Source of the DNA: a virus
Direction: 5' to 3' (one strand)
IMG/VR virus record: IMGVR_UViG_3300021431_000053
DNA: 35,884 bases
Each line of letters starts with the position of its first letter. Within the stretch, counting starts at the first letter, position 1. The position numbers were made by a program, and so were the translations under genes. Below, in pieces: positions 21,546-31,467 of the stretch. Below the pieces are notes generated by a model that ran no database searches, was not told the origin of the DNA, and was given only the letters and a program-made list of their open reading frames with translations.

Positions 21546-21910
21546 TGGGAATCAAGGTAGAAGGCCTGGACAAGCTCCAGGCAAGGATAAAGGACGTCCA
21601 GAAGGGCGAGATGGTGAAGGGCATCGTAAGAAAGAACGGTGCTGACCTAAAGGAGGCCATTGAGGCAAAGGCCGAATTCAGGGGGCACTACGAGGGCAAT
21701 CAGTTCGTAAGGCCTACAGGCGCCACCAAGGGAAGCGTGCAGCTCAAGTTCAGCGATGGAGGCTTCACGGCCGAGTCAGGTCCTACGACCGAGTATGCGA
21801 AATATCTTGAGTACGGCACGCGCTTCATGGATGCACAGCCTTTCGTCCGCCCGGCATTTGACGAGGTGAGCAAAAAGTTCATAAGCGACATGGAGAAGTA
21901 TGCAAAATAG
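21542..21910 (+). CDS. HK97 gp10-family tail-component protein
   Basis: AKYLEYGTRFMDAQPFVRPAFDE is the family signature. Confidence 0.75.
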   Translation: MMGIKVEGLDKLQARIKDVQKGEMVKGIVRKNGADLKEAIEAKAEFRGHYEGNQFVRPTGATKGSVQLKFSDGGFTAESGPTTEYAKYLEYGTRFMDAQPFVRPAFDEVSKKFISDMEKYAK

Positions 21911-21936
21911 GAAGACGGCTACGGAGGTGATTGCAT

Positions 21937-22323
21937 ATGACTGACCCGCAGCAGGAGATATTCACAGCAATGAAGACAGGGCTTGAGAAGCTCGGATATG
22001 ACGTATACGACGGGTTCCTTCCTCCCGAGGGGACTCCGTACCCCTTCATCTACATCGGCGAAAACAGCCTCCATGACGAGGCAAACAAGACCGCCGTGTT
22101 CGGAAGGGTGACCCAGACAGTAAGCGTGTGGCATGACAGCCCAAGAAAGCGCGGAACGGTGTCAGCCATGTTACTTGACATCAAGAGCACGGCAAGGCAC
22201 ATCCAGCACACGAAGGGCTTCTCATGGATGGTGACCAGCGTCAGCCAGCAGATCATGCCCGACACGTCCACAGGTGCGCCGCTTGTCCATGGCGTGCTGG
22301 ACATAGAATTCATGTTCTCATGA
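21937..22323 (+). CDS. Tail terminator / tail-completion protein (putative)
   Basis: The call rests on position. ATG 21937 is seven nt after GGAGGTG. The TTG at 21931 used by the ORF track is too close to the SD. Confidence 0.5.
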   Translation: MTDPQQEIFTAMKTGLEKLGYDVYDGFLPPEGTPYPFIYIGENSLHDEANKTAVFGRVTQTVSVWHDSPRKRGTVSAMLLDIKSTARHIQHTKGFSWMVTSVSQQIMPDTSTGAPLVHGVLDIEFMFS

Positions 22324-22377
22324 TTTCATGAGAACAATAGAGGACAATATTGACAATCTAGGAGGAAATAATCAGCA

Positions 22378-22878
22378 ATGGAAGCAGTACAGGGAATGAG
22401 AGTCGTATATCTCTACCGCATCCTCAGCGATGCGAAGACAAAGGACGCATCGGCAGTTGCCTTTGCGACTGAGAACAAGAACAAGATCTCGCGCGATGCC
22501 GATTCAACGAAGACAAAGGACGGCTCAATCAGAACGCCAGGAGGAATTGAGGTGGAGATCTCATTCACTTCGATCATGGCGAAGGGTGACACGCTATACG
22601 ACAGCGTGAAGAAGGCAGTGAAGGAAGGCTTAATCGTCGAGGTATGGGAAGTCAACCTTGACGAGAAGGGAACCGACACGAATGCCGACAAGTACAAGGC
22701 GACTTACTACCAGGGCTACATCACCGAGGTAGAGCTATCATCTCCATCTGATGACTTCGCTGAGCTTTCCATCACGTACGGGGCAAACGGCTCCGGCGCT
22801 GACGGATACGCTACGCTCTCGAAGGAACAGCAGGAGATTGCGGAATACGCCTTCAAGGACACTTCAGCATCCGCATAA
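22378..22878 (+). CDS. Major tail protein (phi13-family-like)
   Basis: The call rests on position, size (166 aa), the ...KYKATYYQGYITEVELSS...ITYGANG pattern and a strong downstream terminator. Confidence 0.7.
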   Translation: MEAVQGMRVVYLYRILSDAKTKDASAVAFATENKNKISRDADSTKTKDGSIRTPGGIEVEISFTSIMAKGDTLYDSVKKAVKEGLIVEVWEVNLDEKGTDTNADKYKATYYQGYITEVELSSPSDDFAELSITYGANGSGADGYATLSKEQQEIAEYAFKDTSASA

Positions 22879-22887
22879 AAACATACG

Positions 22888-22932
22888 GGACAGCCGCATG
22901 GCAGCAGTGCCAGGACGTGGCTGTCCTTTTTT
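22888..22932 (+). terminator. Intrinsic terminator after the major tail gene
   Basis: GGACAGCC...GGCTGTCC (8 bp) encloses the inner stem TGGCA-GCAG-TGCCA and is followed by TTTTTT. Confidence 0.65.
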
Positions 22933-22960
22933 AACATAGCTAACAGGAGGAAAAGAGAAA

Positions 22961-23350
22961 ATGGCAGTTATGGAACTTACAATTGGCAACCAGGTATACG
23001 AGTTCAAGGCAGGCATCGGGTTCATGCGCGAGGCGAACAAGAGGGTCGTCGAGAAGATTGACAACACAGACACATACAGGGGCGTTGGCCTCACATACCT
23101 CGTGGCAGGAATCATTGACGGTGACATCGATGACCTCGTTGACGCGCTTGACCTCATGAACAAGGGCATGAAGCCAAGGGTGACAAGAGCCCAGCTTGAG
23201 GACTACGTGGAGGATGTCGAGGACATCGACAAGCTCTTTGAGGACGTTCTCGATTTTTTCGCGAATGCGAATGTATCGAAGAGAATCGTGAAGAACCTCA
23301 CGGAGAGAATCAAGAAGGCCCAGGAGGCGGAACAGGCCAAGGGCAAGTAG
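22961..23350 (+). CDS. Tail assembly chaperone (gpG analogue)
   Basis: It lies directly upstream of the tape measure gene and has an acidic C-terminal half. Confidence 0.7.
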   Translation: MAVMELTIGNQVYEFKAGIGFMREANKRVVEKIDNTDTYRGVGLTYLVAGIIDGDIDDLVDALDLMNKGMKPRVTRAQLEDYVEDVEDIDKLFEDVLDFFANANVSKRIVKNLTERIKKAQEAEQAKGK

Positions 23351-23715
23351 ACGATGAGGAAGTCTACGAAAGCATCACGATGAACTGCTACAGGTATCTC
23401 GGCATGACATCCCAGCACGAGGTGGACATGCTGACGATGAGGGAGTACAGGATGCTGATTCAGGCAGCTGAGCTGCGGTGGGTCGACAGGCGCTACTTCG
23501 TCCATCTCCAGGCATTCCAGAACATGCGCATCAAGGCGGTCAAGGGAAGAGGCAAGGGGACGGTGCCCGTATACGGGTCGTTCGACCGGTTCTTCAACTA
23601 CGAGAAGGAGCAGGACATGGTGATGAGAGGAAAAGACGGCGGAGATGAGACTGGCATAGCCGGAAGGGTGAAGCAGTTCCTCCGCAGGAAGGAGAAGAGC
23701 AATGGCAGGGAATAA
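22961..23715 (+). CDS. Tail assembly chaperone G-T fusion made by a -1 programmed frameshift
   Basis: The downstream ORF (23380..23715) is in the -1 frame relative to gpG. That frame is open from 23242. The ATG at 23380 has no SD. The slippery heptamer T_TTT_TTC lies at 23254..23260 in the gpG frame. Confidence 0.55.
23254..23260 (+). other. Candidate -1 slippery heptamer U_UUU_UUC
   Basis: The gpG frame reads GAT TTT TTC (D98 F99 F100). The -1 frame continues FF-RECECIEENREEPHGENQEGPGGGTGQGQVDDEEVYESIT-MNCYRYL... Confidence 0.45.
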
Positions 23716-26704
23716 CAGCTTCAGCGTCAAGGCGGTGCTGAGCGCCGTCGACAAGGGATTCACCACGGCATTCAAGGAAGCCGGAAAGGCAACCGAGAGC
23801 CTGGGAAGCAAGATCAAGAGCGGCCTTGGATTTGGCATCCTTACGGGAATCGGCCAGAAGGCCTTTGACGTCATAACCCAGGGCGCAACCGACATGGTTG
23901 GCGAGCTTTCGTCAAGCTCGGCAGCGTGGAAGACCTTCACGGGCAACATGGAGATGCTCGGGAAGGGACGAGACGAGATCAAGAGCACGAAGAACGAGCT
24001 ACAGGACTTCGCAACAAAGACCATCTACAGCGCCTCTGACATGGCTACGACATATAGCCAGCTCGCTGCCGTAGGGACGAAGAACTGCACGCAGCTCGTC
24101 AAGGGCTTCGGCGGTCTTGCCTCGGCAGCCGAGAACCCTCAGCAGGCCATGAAGACACTGAGCCAGCAGGCAACGCAGATGGCATCCAAGCCAAAGGTCG
24201 AATGGCAGGACTTCAAGCTCATGCTTGAGCAGACTCCGGCAGGTGTCGCGGCGGTGGCAAGGCAGATGGGCATGTCAACTTCACAGCTCGTCAGGAACGT
24301 CCAGGACGGCAAGGTCAAGACACAGGACTTCTTCAATGCCATCTCAAAGGTCGGAACGAACAAGGCCTTCACGAAGCTTGCAACCGAGTACAAGACGGTT
24401 GACCAGGCGATGGACGGCCTCAAGGAGACGCTAAGCGTCAAGCTCGCTCCGGCATTCGATGCTGCATCCAAGGTCGGAATCAGCAGCATAAACAAGATCA
24501 TAGACAAGATGGACGGCATAGATGCCGGAAAGATTGTCGACAGGATTGGCGACATGGCCACGAAGGTCAAGCCTTACTGGGAGGCCGTGAAGGGAGCGGC
24601 AAGCGACGCAGCCCAGGGCATCATGAGCGTCGTCAAGGTGGCAGGCGAGCTTGCAGGGGAGTTCATCACTGACAAGGACGTCATGAGCACGTTCACGAAG
24701 GCGGTGAGGTTCGCAGGGACTTCAATCAAGAGCCTCGGCAAGTTCGTTGCGGAGCACAAGTCCGAGATCAAGAAGGCCATTCCGATTGTCGTCGGTTTCA
24801 TTGCGGCATGGAAGGGATACAAGGTCATAAGCTCCGCTGCAAAGGCAGTCGGGTCGTTTGCTGACAAGATCAGAAAGATACCAAACAAGACCGTCCCACC
24901 GCCACCTAAGCCTGATGAAATACTTCCAAGCGGTGAGGCGATGGAACAGACTGCCAGGAAGATGGTAGCCAGCGGAAAGGCATTCGCACTTGCAGGTGCA
25001 GGCGTTCTTCTCATCTCGGCAGGATTCGCCCTTCTTGCCTACTCTTCCATCCAGCTTGCAAATGCCGGGCCTCTTGCCATAGGCGTCATGGCCGGCATGG
25101 TTGGAGGGCTCATGGCGGTAGGTGCAGGCATCACGTTCATGATCAAGGCACTTGCCCCGGCAGCGGGACAGCTCAATGCAGTCGGGCCGGCGCTTCTCAT
25201 GGTCGGAGGGGCCGTGCTTCTCGTTTCATCGGGAATCGCGCTTCTCTCCTATTCGGCAATCCAGCTAGCAGCGGCAGGACCGCTCGCAATCGGAGTGATG
25301 GTGGGAATGGTTGCAGCGATTGCGGGACTTGCGGTTGGTGCTGCTGCCATTGGACCAGCACTTACGGCAGGCGCTGTAGGATTCATTGCATTCGGTGCAG
25401 CCATTGCGCTTGTAGGTGCAGGCGCGCTCATGGCTTCAGCTGGGCTCGTTCTCGTTGCCGGCGCACTTCCTACCGTCGTTCAGTACGGCGCAGCAGGAGC
25501 AGTAAGCATTGCGGCGCTCGCAGGAGCCATCACCCTGTTCGGTCTTGGGACTCTTGCGGCAGCTCCCGGAACGCTTCTTCTTGGCGCTGCGCTCCTCGTT
25601 CTTGGAGCAGGAGCGGCGGTGGCAGGAGCAGGGGCAGTCGTTCTCGGCGCGGGCATGGCGGTTGTTGGCGCAGGACTTGTGGCAGCATCGGGTGGTGCTG
25701 CGCTTCTTTCGCCTCTCATCCTTGCGATGGGGGCCTCAATGGCCACGGCATCAGCCGGGGCGCTCGCGTTCTCGGCTTCGCTTGTCGCGTTCAGCGGATC
25801 GGCAGTCATGGCATCTGGATCATCAGTTGCTCTTGGAGGCGCGCTTGTCGTCTCATCCGCCGGAATGATGGCATTCGGGGCATCCGTGACGGTCGCTTCG
25901 GCTGGCATGGTGGTGCTCTCAGCTAGCCTTGTTGCGGTGAGGGCAAGCCTCTCATCCATCAGCGGCAGCGCAAAGTCAACATCAAATTCACTCAAGGCCA
26001 TGAAGTCATCCGTAAGCTTCGTAAGCACGGCCATGAAGGGTCTTGGAAGCATGTGCAAGTCAGCCGTAAGCTCAATGATAAGTTCTTTCTCCAGCGCCGA
26101 GACAAGAGTCGTATCGGCTGGAAGGAACATAGGAAACGGTGCCGTCAGCGGACTGAAGTCCGGCATGTCACGGCTTCCTTCCGTGGCCTCGTCAGGAGTG
26201 AGCAGCGCGGCAAATGCCATGCGCTCGGGACATGGAAAGGCCTATTCAGCTGGCGTCTACATCGGGCAGGGACTTGCAGGCGGCATGCGCTCAACCCTCG
26301 GAACGGTGAGAAGCGTAGCGGCGCAGCTTGCCAGCGCGGCTGATGCAGCCATCAGGGCAAAGGCAAAGATCCACAGCCCTTCAAGGGTATCGATGAAGCT
26401 GGGCGAGTACTTCGGCCAGGGCTTTGCCAACGGCATTGCGGGCATGTCGCACGAGGTAAGACAGGCATCGGCAGAGCTGTTCAGCATTCCTAGGGCTGAA
26501 TCTCCAAGCCTTTCGCTATCAGGCGGATACGGAGGCACTTCAAGCCTCGACCAGCAGTACAGCTACAGCTCGAGCGGAGAGTACACGATCGTCGTTCCCG
26601 TGAAGATTGACGGTCGCGAGGTTGCAAGGACGACCGCCTCATACACTCAGCAGGAGATTGACAGGGCTGAAAGATTCCAGAGAAAGATAAGGGGTGGTAA
26701 CTGA
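23702..26704 (+). CDS. Tail tape measure protein (TP901-family core) with a long Ala/Gly-rich hydrophobic centre
   Basis: It is 1000 aa. It has IYSASDMATTYSQLAAVG...WQDFKLMLEQTPAG...TQDFFNAISKVG, and the C-terminal motif IHSPSRVSMKLGEYFGQGFANGI. Confidence 0.9.
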   Translation: MAGNNSFSVKAVLSAVDKGFTTAFKEAGKATESLGSKIKSGLGFGILTGIGQKAFDVITQGATDMVGELSSSSAAWKTFTGNMEMLGKGRDEIKSTKNELQDFATKTIYSASDMATTYSQLAAVGTKNCTQLVKGFGGLASAAENPQQAMKTLSQQATQMASKPKVEWQDFKLMLEQTPAGVAAVARQMGMSTSQLVRNVQDGKVKTQDFFNAISKVGTNKAFTKLATEYKTVDQAMDGLKETLSVKLAPAFDAASKVGISSINKIIDKMDGIDAGKIVDRIGDMATKVKPYWEAVKGAASDAAQGIMSVVKVAGELAGEFITDKDVMSTFTKAVRFAGTSIKSLGKFVAEHKSEIKKAIPIVVGFIAAWKGYKVISSAAKAVGSFADKIRKIPNKTVPPPPKPDEILPSGEAMEQTARKMVASGKAFALAGAGVLLISAGFALLAYSSIQLANAGPLAIGVMAGMVGGLMAVGAGITFMIKALAPAAGQLNAVGPALLMVGGAVLLVSSGIALLSYSAIQLAAAGPLAIGVMVGMVAAIAGLAVGAAAIGPALTAGAVGFIAFGAAIALVGAGALMASAGLVLVAGALPTVVQYGAAGAVSIAALAGAITLFGLGTLAAAPGTLLLGAALLVLGAGAAVAGAGAVVLGAGMAVVGAGLVAASGGAALLSPLILAMGASMATASAGALAFSASLVAFSGSAVMASGSSVALGGALVVSSAGMMAFGASVTVASAGMVVLSASLVAVRASLSSISGSAKSTSNSLKAMKSSVSFVSTAMKGLGSMCKSAVSSMISSFSSAETRVVSAGRNIGNGAVSGLKSGMSRLPSVASSGVSSAANAMRSGHGKAYSAGVYIGQGLAGGMRSTLGTVRSVAAQLASAADAAIRAKAKIHSPSRVSMKLGEYFGQGFANGIAGMSHEVRQASAELFSIPRAESPSLSLSGGYGGTSSLDQQYSYSSSGEYTIVVPVKIDGREVARTTASYTQQEIDRAERFQRKIRGGN

Positions 26705-26705
26705 T

Positions 26706-28247
26706 ATGTCATACAGCTTTGTGGACACGAATGACATCGCTTCGGGAAGCACGCTTCCTGAAGAGGCAATGAGCTTCAACGGCGTGTACATCGAGAACGA
26801 GATAGAAGGCTACCGCACCCTCTCGGTAAGCGGGAGGGAGCTGATGGGCTCTGACATCGGGAGCACGACGATTGACGGCCGTGACGGTGCTGCATTCAGG
26901 TACAGCACATATCCGGCACGCACGATAACGGTGAGATACCAGCTCTTATGCGCTGACAGCAGGACGTTCAGGGAGGCATTCAACAGGCTGAACGGCCTTC
27001 TTTCAGCCAAGCAGGCGAAGGTGTCATTTGCCGACGAGCCGGACAAGTACTTCATCGGCACAAGGGCAGGAAGCACCGAGCCGGATGATGGAACGAACTG
27101 CACGAAGGGAGAGTTCGAAATACTGTGCACTGACCCGTTCAAGCATTCCTCGGCAGTTAAGGAGTTCAAGGGAACATGGAAGGATGACCAGGTCGTTGAG
27201 GTCGTCATTGAGAACAGCGGTACTGTACCAGTTCCCATAGACTATGAGATCAAGAACACGGCCGAGACGGGCTACATCGGCATAGTGTCCGACCAGGGTG
27301 CCATGCAGTTCGGGAAGAGGGAGGAGGCTGACGGGTATGCCTACAAGGACAACGAGACGCTCGTCACGCTATCTGACTTCATCAGCGCTCCCGACGATAC
27401 GGGAGGAACGGACTACATGCATCCCCAGTACGGTGCAAACGGGACGCTTGCAACGCACACATGGTTTGGAAGAACGTTCCTGGGATTCGGAAGCACAGGG
27501 ACAAAAAAAGGATATGCCAGCGGAGGACTGAGAACCATCGAGATTCCAGCCGACTCCAATGGCAAGAAAGGATGCAGAAACTTCTATGCATACCTTCACC
27601 TCATCTTCTATGCAGGACTCTGGGGACAGACGGGAGAGATGTGCATTAATTTCCTTACATCGTCCAACAGGATGATATGCGGCCTAAACTGGTACAAGAC
27701 GAGCACCAACGGCAATGACGGACGCTATGAGCTTGTCGGAACAGATGGGAAGGTTCTCAGGACATACGCCTACACGACAAGCCATCTTTATTCCGAGAAT
27801 CCATGGTACTGGGACTGGGGTCACTGTGACATCCGCAAGGAGGGCAGCACGATCACGTTCTTCTACTATGGCGGATATCCTTCGTTCGTCATTCCCGAAG
27901 CCGAGAACCTTGAATGTGCAAAGATACAGATAGCAGTGAAGCAGTGGGGCGACAGGAGCGGAAACAGGTTCATGTCATTTGCCGGATTCGACAAGCTCAT
28001 GTTCCAGACACTTCATGTCGACAAATGGAAGGACGTGCCCAACCGCTATCCTTCCGGGTCTACGATTACCATTGACGGGGAGACGACAAAGTTCTTCGTC
28101 AACGGCATGCAGAAGCAGGAGGACGAGGTAAGAGGCACGAAATACTTCAAGGCACTGCCTGGAAAGACGACCGTCAAGGTGCATTCAAGCACGTGGGTGA
28201 AGTCGCTTCCTGAGGTGACCGCAAGGATAAGAGAGGAGTGGATCTAG
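26706..28247 (+). CDS. Distal tail protein (Dit) with an extended C-terminal domain
   Basis: The Sipho_tail-type N-terminus is [22 protein letters not shown]...RTITVRYQL...[11 protein letters not shown]. It lies directly after the tape measure gene. Confidence 0.75.
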   Translation: MSYSFVDTNDIASGSTLPEEAMSFNGVYIENEIEGYRTLSVSGRELMGSDIGSTTIDGRDGAAFRYSTYPARTITVRYQLLCADSRTFREAFNRLNGLLSAKQAKVSFADEPDKYFIGTRAGSTEPDDGTNCTKGEFEILCTDPFKHSSAVKEFKGTWKDDQVVEVVIENSGTVPVPIDYEIKNTAETGYIGIVSDQGAMQFGKREEADGYAYKDNETLVTLSDFISAPDDTGGTDYMHPQYGANGTLATHTWFGRTFLGFGSTGTKKGYASGGLRTIEIPADSNGKKGCRNFYAYLHLIFYAGLWGQTGEMCINFLTSSNRMICGLNWYKTSTNGNDGRYELVGTDGKVLRTYAYTTSHLYSENPWYWDWGHCDIRKEGSTITFFYYGGYPSFVIPEAENLECAKIQIAVKQWGDRSGNRFMSFAGFDKLMFQTLHVDKWKDVPNRYPSGSTITIDGETTKFFVNGMQKQEDEVRGTKYFKALPGKTTVKVHSSTWVKSLPEVTARIREEWI

Positions 28248-28248
28248 C

Positions 28249-31200
28249 ATGGAGAACGTAAGAATCATGGTGATGGATGCCAACGGGAAAATGTGCGCGT
28301 TCCTTGACAACTCGGCGCCAGGAGCAATGCACTACTGGAATGACAGGCTCCATACCTATCTCAGGGGCTCAGCCTATACGTTCGAGTTCAGGACGTTCAC
28401 GTCACATGAGGATTCCTCATTCCTTGCAGTTGGCAACAGCCTCTCGTTCATGTACAGGGACAGGGGCTACTACCTCAGCATCATGACGGCCGAGAGAAGC
28501 GAGGACTATACCGACGTCACGGCATACGGCCTATCCCTCGAGCTGACGAACGAGGAGACAGGGGCATACAAGGCATCATCAGCCATGTCGTTTGAGCAGT
28601 ACATTGATGCGTTCAACTTCGAGAAGCCGTTCAGGATAGGAATCAACGAGGTAAGCGACAGGAGAATCACGCACGAGTGGGAAGGAAGCGACACGATACT
28701 TTCAAGGCTCTTCTCGCTCGCTGACGTATTCGGAGCAGAGATCGAGTTCACGACCGAGCTCAATGACGACTACTCGCTGAAGCAGATGACCATGAACGTG
28801 TACCGCGAGCATGGCGACGACTGCCAGGGAATAGGAAGCGACATGAGAAAGGGAACCCCTCTGCGCTATGGCAGGCAGGTAAGCGGGATAACCAGGAAGA
28901 GTGACATCACCGAGCTCTATACAGCCATCCGTCCTACGGGAACCGACGGCCTCACGCTTGCCGGAATAGACAGGAAGGAGTACGACTCATCGGGAAGCCT
29001 TGAGTACACTTCTCCTTCAGGGACAATAGAGATCCTTGCGCCGCAGGCCAGGGACAGGTTCCCGAGCACGCTGATGGCTGACGTAAACGGCAGGTACATC
29101 TGCAAGGTATGGAGCTACGAAACATCTAACGTCAACGTGCTCTATGGCCAGGCCCTTGCCCAGCTTAAGAAGCTGTCGGTACCAGAGGTGTCATACACCG
29201 TAGAGGGATTCACTGACGGTGATATTGGCGATACATACACCATCGAGGATGACGAGTACAGTCCAGTGCTTTACCTCGAGGCACGCATAACGGAGCAGGA
29301 GATATCCTTCACTGACGAGTCGCAGTCAAGGACGACGTTTGACAACTTCAGGGAGGTCAAGTCGGAGGTCAGCAGTGCACTTATCAGCGAGATGAAGAAG
29401 CTCATCAGCGAGAAGCGTATGTACGATGCATCCATCTCCGCTGACAAGGGAATACTCTTCAGAAGCAGGAGCGAAAAGAGCCTACTTAAGGCAGTCATCA
29501 AGAATGGCGGTGCTGATGTTACGTCAAGGCTTTCGATTACATGGTACAGGGACGGCACCAAGGTCGGAGAAGGCAAATCCATTACCGTAAGCGCCTCCGA
29601 CTTCGACGGTAAGGCCGTCTACGGGTACAAGGCGCTAGCATCAAATGGGACGCTGAAGGGAACTTGCGAAGTCACCTGCATGTTCCTCGAGAACGGCGCA
29701 GCTGGCGAGAATGCCTATCTCCACATCATGTATGCTGATGATGATAAGGGCACGGGCATGACATCAAACCCGGGCGGAAAGAAGTACATGGGCCAGTACT
29801 CGGACAGCAGCATGTACAATTCCCAGGATGCCTCCAAGTACAGGTGGTCGCTCATCCAGGGCCCCCAGGGCAACAAGGGCGACACAGGACCTCAGGGCCC
29901 ACAGGGTCCAAAAGGGGAGAAAGGCGACACAGGAGCCAGGGGGCTTCAGGGACTCCATGGCGAGAAGGGAGAACAGGGCATTGCCGGGCCAAAGGGAGAT
30001 CCGGGAAGCGATGGCAGGACATCCTACTTCCACATAAAGTACTCGATAGTCGCCAACCCTTCAACGGCATCTGACATGAGTGAAACTCCTGAGGCCTATA
30101 TTGGCACGTACGTTGACTTCACGGAGGCTGACTCCACAGATCCGAAGAAGTACACATGGACGCAGTTCAGGGGTTCCCAGGGGCCTAAGGGCGACAAGGG
30201 GATTGCCGGAACCAACGGCACAAACGGAAAGACCTCATACCTTCATATCGCCTATGCAATGAGCGCTGACGGAAAGACTGGCTTCTCGGTAAGCGACAGC
30301 GCAGGAAAGACATACATAGGACAGTATACGGACTTCAGCGAAGCTGATTCGACTGACTGCACGAAGTACTCCTGGACGCTCATCAAGGGCGACAAGGGCG
30401 ATACAGGACCAAGAGGAGCAACTGGTCCAACAGGTGCCAATGGTGCAGATGGTGTATCACCAACCGTATCAGTATCCAAGAGCAATGGCATGACGACAAT
30501 ATCCATTACCGACAAGAACGGTACGCATGTCCAGACCGTTAAGGATGGCACAAATGGGACTCCTGGTGCAAATGGTGCTGATGGAAGGACGCCTTACTTC
30601 CATGTGAAGTACTCCAACGACGGAGGAAAGACATTCACGGCCACCAGCGGTGAAACAGCCGGAACCTATATCGGAATATGTACGGATTACAACTCGGCAG
30701 ACCCTACAACTGTTAGTTCCTACACTTGGGCTAAAATTAAGGGTGAGCAAGGCGTTCAAGGAAACACCGGTCCACAAGGTCCTCAAGGGATAAAAGGTGA
30801 TACTGGCCCTCAGGGACCACAAGGGCCTAAGGGAGACACTGGCCCGAAGGGCGATGACGGATGCATAATCAGCGAGACATCCCCAGCCGACAAGACGAGG
30901 CTGTGGTATGACACAAACTCGTCATTACTGAAGAAGTATGATGACTCTTCAAAGGAATGGATGGTCGTCAACGACGCATCTGATGACATCAACAGTTCAG
31001 CGCAGGCCATTACAGCCGCCTATACATCATCCATAGAGAAAGTCAAGAACAGCATCACAAGCTCAGTAGACGTTGCCGTAAGCAGGATAGACAGCAACGA
31101 GAAGACGATTGATACGCTGTCATCGCAGATTCAGCAGAACGCAGGCGCAATCACAGCGACCACGAACACCGTGAAAAGCGTGACCGACTCGCTCTCAGGA

Positions 31201-31449
31201 TACACGACGAAGGTCGAAATAAGAGAGTGGGCGAGATTCTCAAACGGCGTGCTGGAGCTAGGCAAGTCAAGCAGCAACTTCAACACGAAGCTTTCAAACA
31301 CTGAGCTAGGGTTCTACGAGATTGGCAAGAGGATTGCCTTCATATCAAACCAGGAGCTGAACATCACTAAGGCGAGAATACTCGACAAGATGTACATTGG
31401 GGACTACCTGGTGGATGACGATGACGACTATGGATTCATAATCATGTAA
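28249..31449 (+). CDS. Tail-associated protein (Tal / minor structural protein) with four repeat modules separated by collagen-like G-X-Y tracts
   Basis: It lies after Dit and is 1066 aa. G-X-Y runs include [52 protein letters not shown]. It has a C-terminal coiled-coil region. Confidence 0.75.
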   Translation: MENVRIMVMDANGKMCAFLDNSAPGAMHYWNDRLHTYLRGSAYTFEFRTFTSHEDSSFLAVGNSLSFMYRDRGYYLSIMTAERSEDYTDVTAYGLSLELTNEETGAYKASSAMSFEQYIDAFNFEKPFRIGINEVSDRRITHEWEGSDTILSRLFSLADVFGAEIEFTTELNDDYSLKQMTMNVYREHGDDCQGIGSDMRKGTPLRYGRQVSGITRKSDITELYTAIRPTGTDGLTLAGIDRKEYDSSGSLEYTSPSGTIEILAPQARDRFPSTLMADVNGRYICKVWSYETSNVNVLYGQALAQLKKLSVPEVSYTVEGFTDGDIGDTYTIEDDEYSPVLYLEARITEQEISFTDESQSRTTFDNFREVKSEVSSALISEMKKLISEKRMYDASISADKGILFRSRSEKSLLKAVIKNGGADVTSRLSITWYRDGTKVGEGKSITVSASDFDGKAVYGYKALASNGTLKGTCEVTCMFLENGAAGENAYLHIMYADDDKGTGMTSNPGGKKYMGQYSDSSMYNSQDASKYRWSLIQGPQGNKGDTGPQGPQGPKGEKGDTGARGLQGLHGEKGEQGIAGPKGDPGSDGRTSYFHIKYSIVANPSTASDMSETPEAYIGTYVDFTEADSTDPKKYTWTQFRGSQGPKGDKGIAGTNGTNGKTSYLHIAYAMSADGKTGFSVSDSAGKTYIGQYTDFSEADSTDCTKYSWTLIKGDKGDTGPRGATGPTGANGADGVSPTVSVSKSNGMTTISITDKNGTHVQTVKDGTNGTPGANGADGRTPYFHVKYSNDGGKTFTATSGETAGTYIGICTDYNSADPTTVSSYTWAKIKGEQGVQGNTGPQGPQGIKGDTGPQGPQGPKGDTGPKGDDGCIISETSPADKTRLWYDTNSSLLKKYDDSSKEWMVVNDASDDINSSAQAITAAYTSSIEKVKNSITSSVDVAVSRIDSNEKTIDTLSSQIQQNAGAITATTNTVKSVTDSLSGYTTKVEIREWARFSNGVLELGKSSSNFNTKLSNTELGFYEIGKRIAFISNQELNITKARILDKMYIGDYLVDDDDDYGFIIM

Positions 31450-31467
31450 GGAAAGCGAGGAAAAAGA

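Noticed and set aside
24139-26538. Several minus-strand and alternative-frame ORFs of up to 246 aa within the tape measure gene
   Set aside because: They are generated by the GCN/GGN-rich Ala/Gly coding of the TMP. Their products are Ala/Pro/Ser low-complexity sequences with no RBS.
29764-30822. Short ORFs on both strands over the collagen-repeat region of Tal
   Set aside because: They are by-products of G-X-Y triplet periodicity (Pro/Gly/Arg-rich) and are nested in a long, well-supported structural gene.
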